Source of the DNA: Candidatus Oxydemutatoraceae bacterium
GTDB lineage: Bacteria; Pseudomonadota; Gammaproteobacteria; Poriferisulfidales; Oxydemutatoraceae
Direction: 5' to 3'
NCBI GenBank assembly: GCA_965220085.1
Contig: CBDCOZ010000003.1
Coordinates: forward strand, 1,216,001-1,280,000
DNA length: 64,000 nucleotides
This document shows positions 62,050 through 64,000 of this stretch, piece by piece (position 1 is the stretch's first letter; every line of letters starts with the position of its first letter). Both the position numbers and the translations under genes were made by a program. The notes under the pieces were generated by a model. That model worked only from the letters and a program-made list of their open reading frames with translations. It did not search any database and had not been told where the DNA came from.

Positions 62050-62282
62050 TTAAGTTTCATGAATGCAGATGTACTAATGAGTGCTGGGCACTCTGCCACA
62101 AAATGCAAGTTATCTATAAATTCTGTATCTCCTATTTCTAGCAAATGTAATTATACATGCAATTATACAATGAGTACTACGCTATAAATAATCCACAAAC
62201 AACTGAGTGTTGTTTGTGCTCCACAAACTGTTCATTGTTTCCCTCATCTAGCGCACTCTACCACAAAACGCAACATTTGCAA
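62050..62282 (-). promoter_or_regulatory. Family leader: TTGCAA-N16-TAGAGT and palindrome at 62194-62218
   Basis: Palindrome identical to 23613-23637. Confidence 0.55.
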
Positions 62283-62424
62283 GTCGCCGTTGCTCAGAGC
62301 ATTACACCCAGAGTCAGGTTGCGCTCTGCCACAAAATGCAAGTCCTTTGCAAGCGCTTTTTGCATCCTGCCTCACTCCCCTTGGGTGCGCCCACAACACT
62401 CCCCTCCTCCGCCAGTCACTCGCG

Positions 62425-62838
62425 CTATCGCAACGGGCCTTCCAGGAAAAGGCGCAGCCGCAAGCGCAGACTGTCCGGAGGGGGATCCACCAGGTCTATG
62501 GTGAGGACGGCTATGTTGGCGCTGGTTGTTCGCTACCATCGCTAGCGGCCTGATTAGCGCTGACATGGATTGTGTGGCAAAGGAAACTGTCGTCGCCATC
62601 AGATGCGCATAGTCTTGATGAGGCGCTGCCGGCACCGGTGTCCGGCACTCTATATATCAGGATTGCGTAACCCGCTGTGACAGTGACATTAGCTTCCGGA
62701 TAGTATGCCAGGGTATCCAACTGGGCCAGTGTCAACTCGGTGTCTGCGGCTATGGTGACACTGGCATCGCCTGCCACGGCCAGAGCGCCCCGTGCGGGCG
62801 GAGTGATTATGCGGATGCCATTGATGGTGTCGCCATCG
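62425..62838 (-). pseudogene. 5'-truncated, frameshifted LEGPLR family paralog
   Basis: Close to the 3' third of 60697-62031 (DGDTINGIRIITPP..., AADTELTLAQLD); ends DSLRLRLRLFLEGPLR* after a frameshift. Confidence 0.8.
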
Positions 62839-62967
62839 ATGCGCGCACGGGGGCAGTATCAGAAGTTTAGCAGTTCATAGTATTTCTGTTGATGCCGACA
62901 TATCGGATGCCAGCCTGCTCTGGGACAAGTCGGGCACAAGCCCTTTCGGCTTGCGCATAAAATGCTT

Positions 62968-63807
62968 TTAATTAATCCTGTGATAGGGTCGTAAGTCCAC
63001 AGACTCTAGTAGTGTAAAAGTTAGTTTTGAATCAATTTGCTTTTTAGCGACCGCCCGAAACTTTTGCTGTAATTGATCTTTGTAATTTTTGCCGACATCG
63101 TCAAACACGTCCAGTAGCGGAGTCAGTGTGTTGTCGCCGCCAATAAAATCCCAATACTCACTGCCGACCAAAAAGTCATTCGGAGCATCCATCATATTGG
63201 TTTCTGTGAATCGCTCATAGGTTGCGGGGTGATAAGGGTTATAAGGGAGCGCTAAAAATACACGAACAGGCTTTTGCCTTCTGGCAACCCACTCTAACAA
63301 CTTCGTTTTGCTTTCTTTGAAGACATCTATGTTCGGTTTCGCTGTCTTTATCTCAAAGTAGTGTTCTATGCCGTCTTTGTTCATATAGAAGTCAACAACA
63401 GCACCGGCCTTCTGGTGTTGTCCGCCCTTGGCATCCGCGGCGAGCGCTTCCTCGCTTTCTCTCTTAATGTCAGCGTCTCTGTCCCCGTTCCTCAAGTCTT
63501 TGACAATCTCTCCGATAGTCGCTTTCTGTGCCTTGGATATTGTTCCGCCGATTTTGTATCCTCTGCTTACTTCGGTGGCGGTCTCGCGCGCTACGATGAC
63601 CGAAACTTCTTCGTAGATGCTCATACCAAGGGTAGTTGCCAGAGAGTGTATAAAGGAATATGCGGCGACCTTTTCGTTGTCTTGTATGAGCCTTTCCAAA
63701 AAAAGCATGGATGTGGTCTCCCTGCCATAATTTTCAAGCTTCTCCTCTAATTTCTGATTGAGTAGTGCGGAGATATCTCGTCGTTGTGCATCGCTTAACG
63801 CCATCAC
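62968..63807 (-). CDS. Type II restriction endonuclease, TdeIII-like
   Basis: HSL.TTLG.SIYE, VDFY...FEIKTAKPN, LLEWVA and PYNPY motifs. Confidence 0.75.
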   Translation of the reverse strand: MMALSDAQRRDISALLNQKLEEKLENYGRETTSMLFLERLIQDNEKVAAYSFIHSLATTLGMSIYEEVSVIVARETATEVSRGYKIGGTISKAQKATIGEIVKDLRNGDRDADIKRESEEALAADAKGGQHQKAGAVVDFYMNKDGIEHYFEIKTAKPNIDVFKESKTKLLEWVARRQKPVRVFLALPYNPYHPATYERFTETNMMDAPNDFLVGSEYWDFIGGDNTLTPLLDVFDDVGKNYKDQLQQKFRAVAKKQIDSKLTFTLLESVDLRPYHRIN

Positions 63808-63808
63808 C

Positions 63809-64000
63809 TTATAGTTCCTTCAAGTGAAAAATCATTTCGGCGTAACTGCGACGGTCTTTTTCCACACGATTAAGCACTGGGCGTTTGTAATGCTGTACTA
63901 TTTTCATGTTGGCTTTTTGTGCGATAGTCGGGTATAGGTTGTGCTTGTCATTAGCAACCAGAAAAACATCATAGTCAGGTTTCATGTAGCGGCGGCAGTT
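63809..64000 (-). CDS. C-terminus of the probable cognate DNA methyltransferase (partial)
   Basis: FLVANDKHNLYP.IA...KRPVLNR.EKD..Y.E.IFHLK; directly upstream of the endonuclease. Confidence 0.6.
   Translation of the reverse strand, partial: NCRRYMKPDYDVFLVANDKHNLYPTIAQKANMKIVQHYKRPVLNRVEKDRRSYAEMIFHLKEL

Noticed and set aside
60697-62838. Diversity-generating retroelement template/variable-region pair
   Set aside because: The differences include indels and non-adenine changes, and no reverse transcriptase is present. An ordinary decayed paralog fits better.

Overview
This 64-kb window looks like a gammaproteobacterial chromosome segment. The housekeeping backbone is msbA-lpxK-ycaR-kdsB, a GldA/F/G-like ABC operon with a DUF4340 gene, purB, fumC, acnA, mnmA, clpS-clpA, infA, fabD-fabG-acpP-fabF-pabC-mltG-tmk-holB, dusA, a yadGH-like ABC pair, tRNA-Glu, tRNA-Ala, and the rpsB-tsf-pyrH-frr-uppS-cdsA-dxr-rseP-bamA-skp-lpxD-fabZ-lpxA operon. 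Four accessory patches interrupt it (~9.2-15.9, 22.5-29.5, 43.8-48.2 and 60.6-64 kb). The main unexplained signal is a seven-member family of predicted exported proteins with unrelated or shuffled passenger domains (Cys-rich, Ig/cadherin-like). All seven end in the same C-terminal motif, (L/M)RLR(L/I)FLEG(P/A)LR-stop. The five copies with a 5' end have a poly-C tract (C9-C23) just before the signal peptide, and one is out of frame. They share a sigma70-like promoter, a 25-bp palindrome and, in the main cluster, downstream repeat arrays. A near-identical palindrome lies just upstream of the Gld-like ABC operon. My inference is a phase-variable surface-protein repertoire with an undescribed C-terminal sorting signal. 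Also present are IS481 and IS1595 elements in the family's leaders, an HTH-Panacea/RelE-like toxin-antitoxin pair, a TdeIII-like restriction-modification system, a Met/His-repeat Lpp/OprI-like lipoprotein, and tandem duplications of gene 3' ends. All family assignments come from motif recognition; no database search was run.
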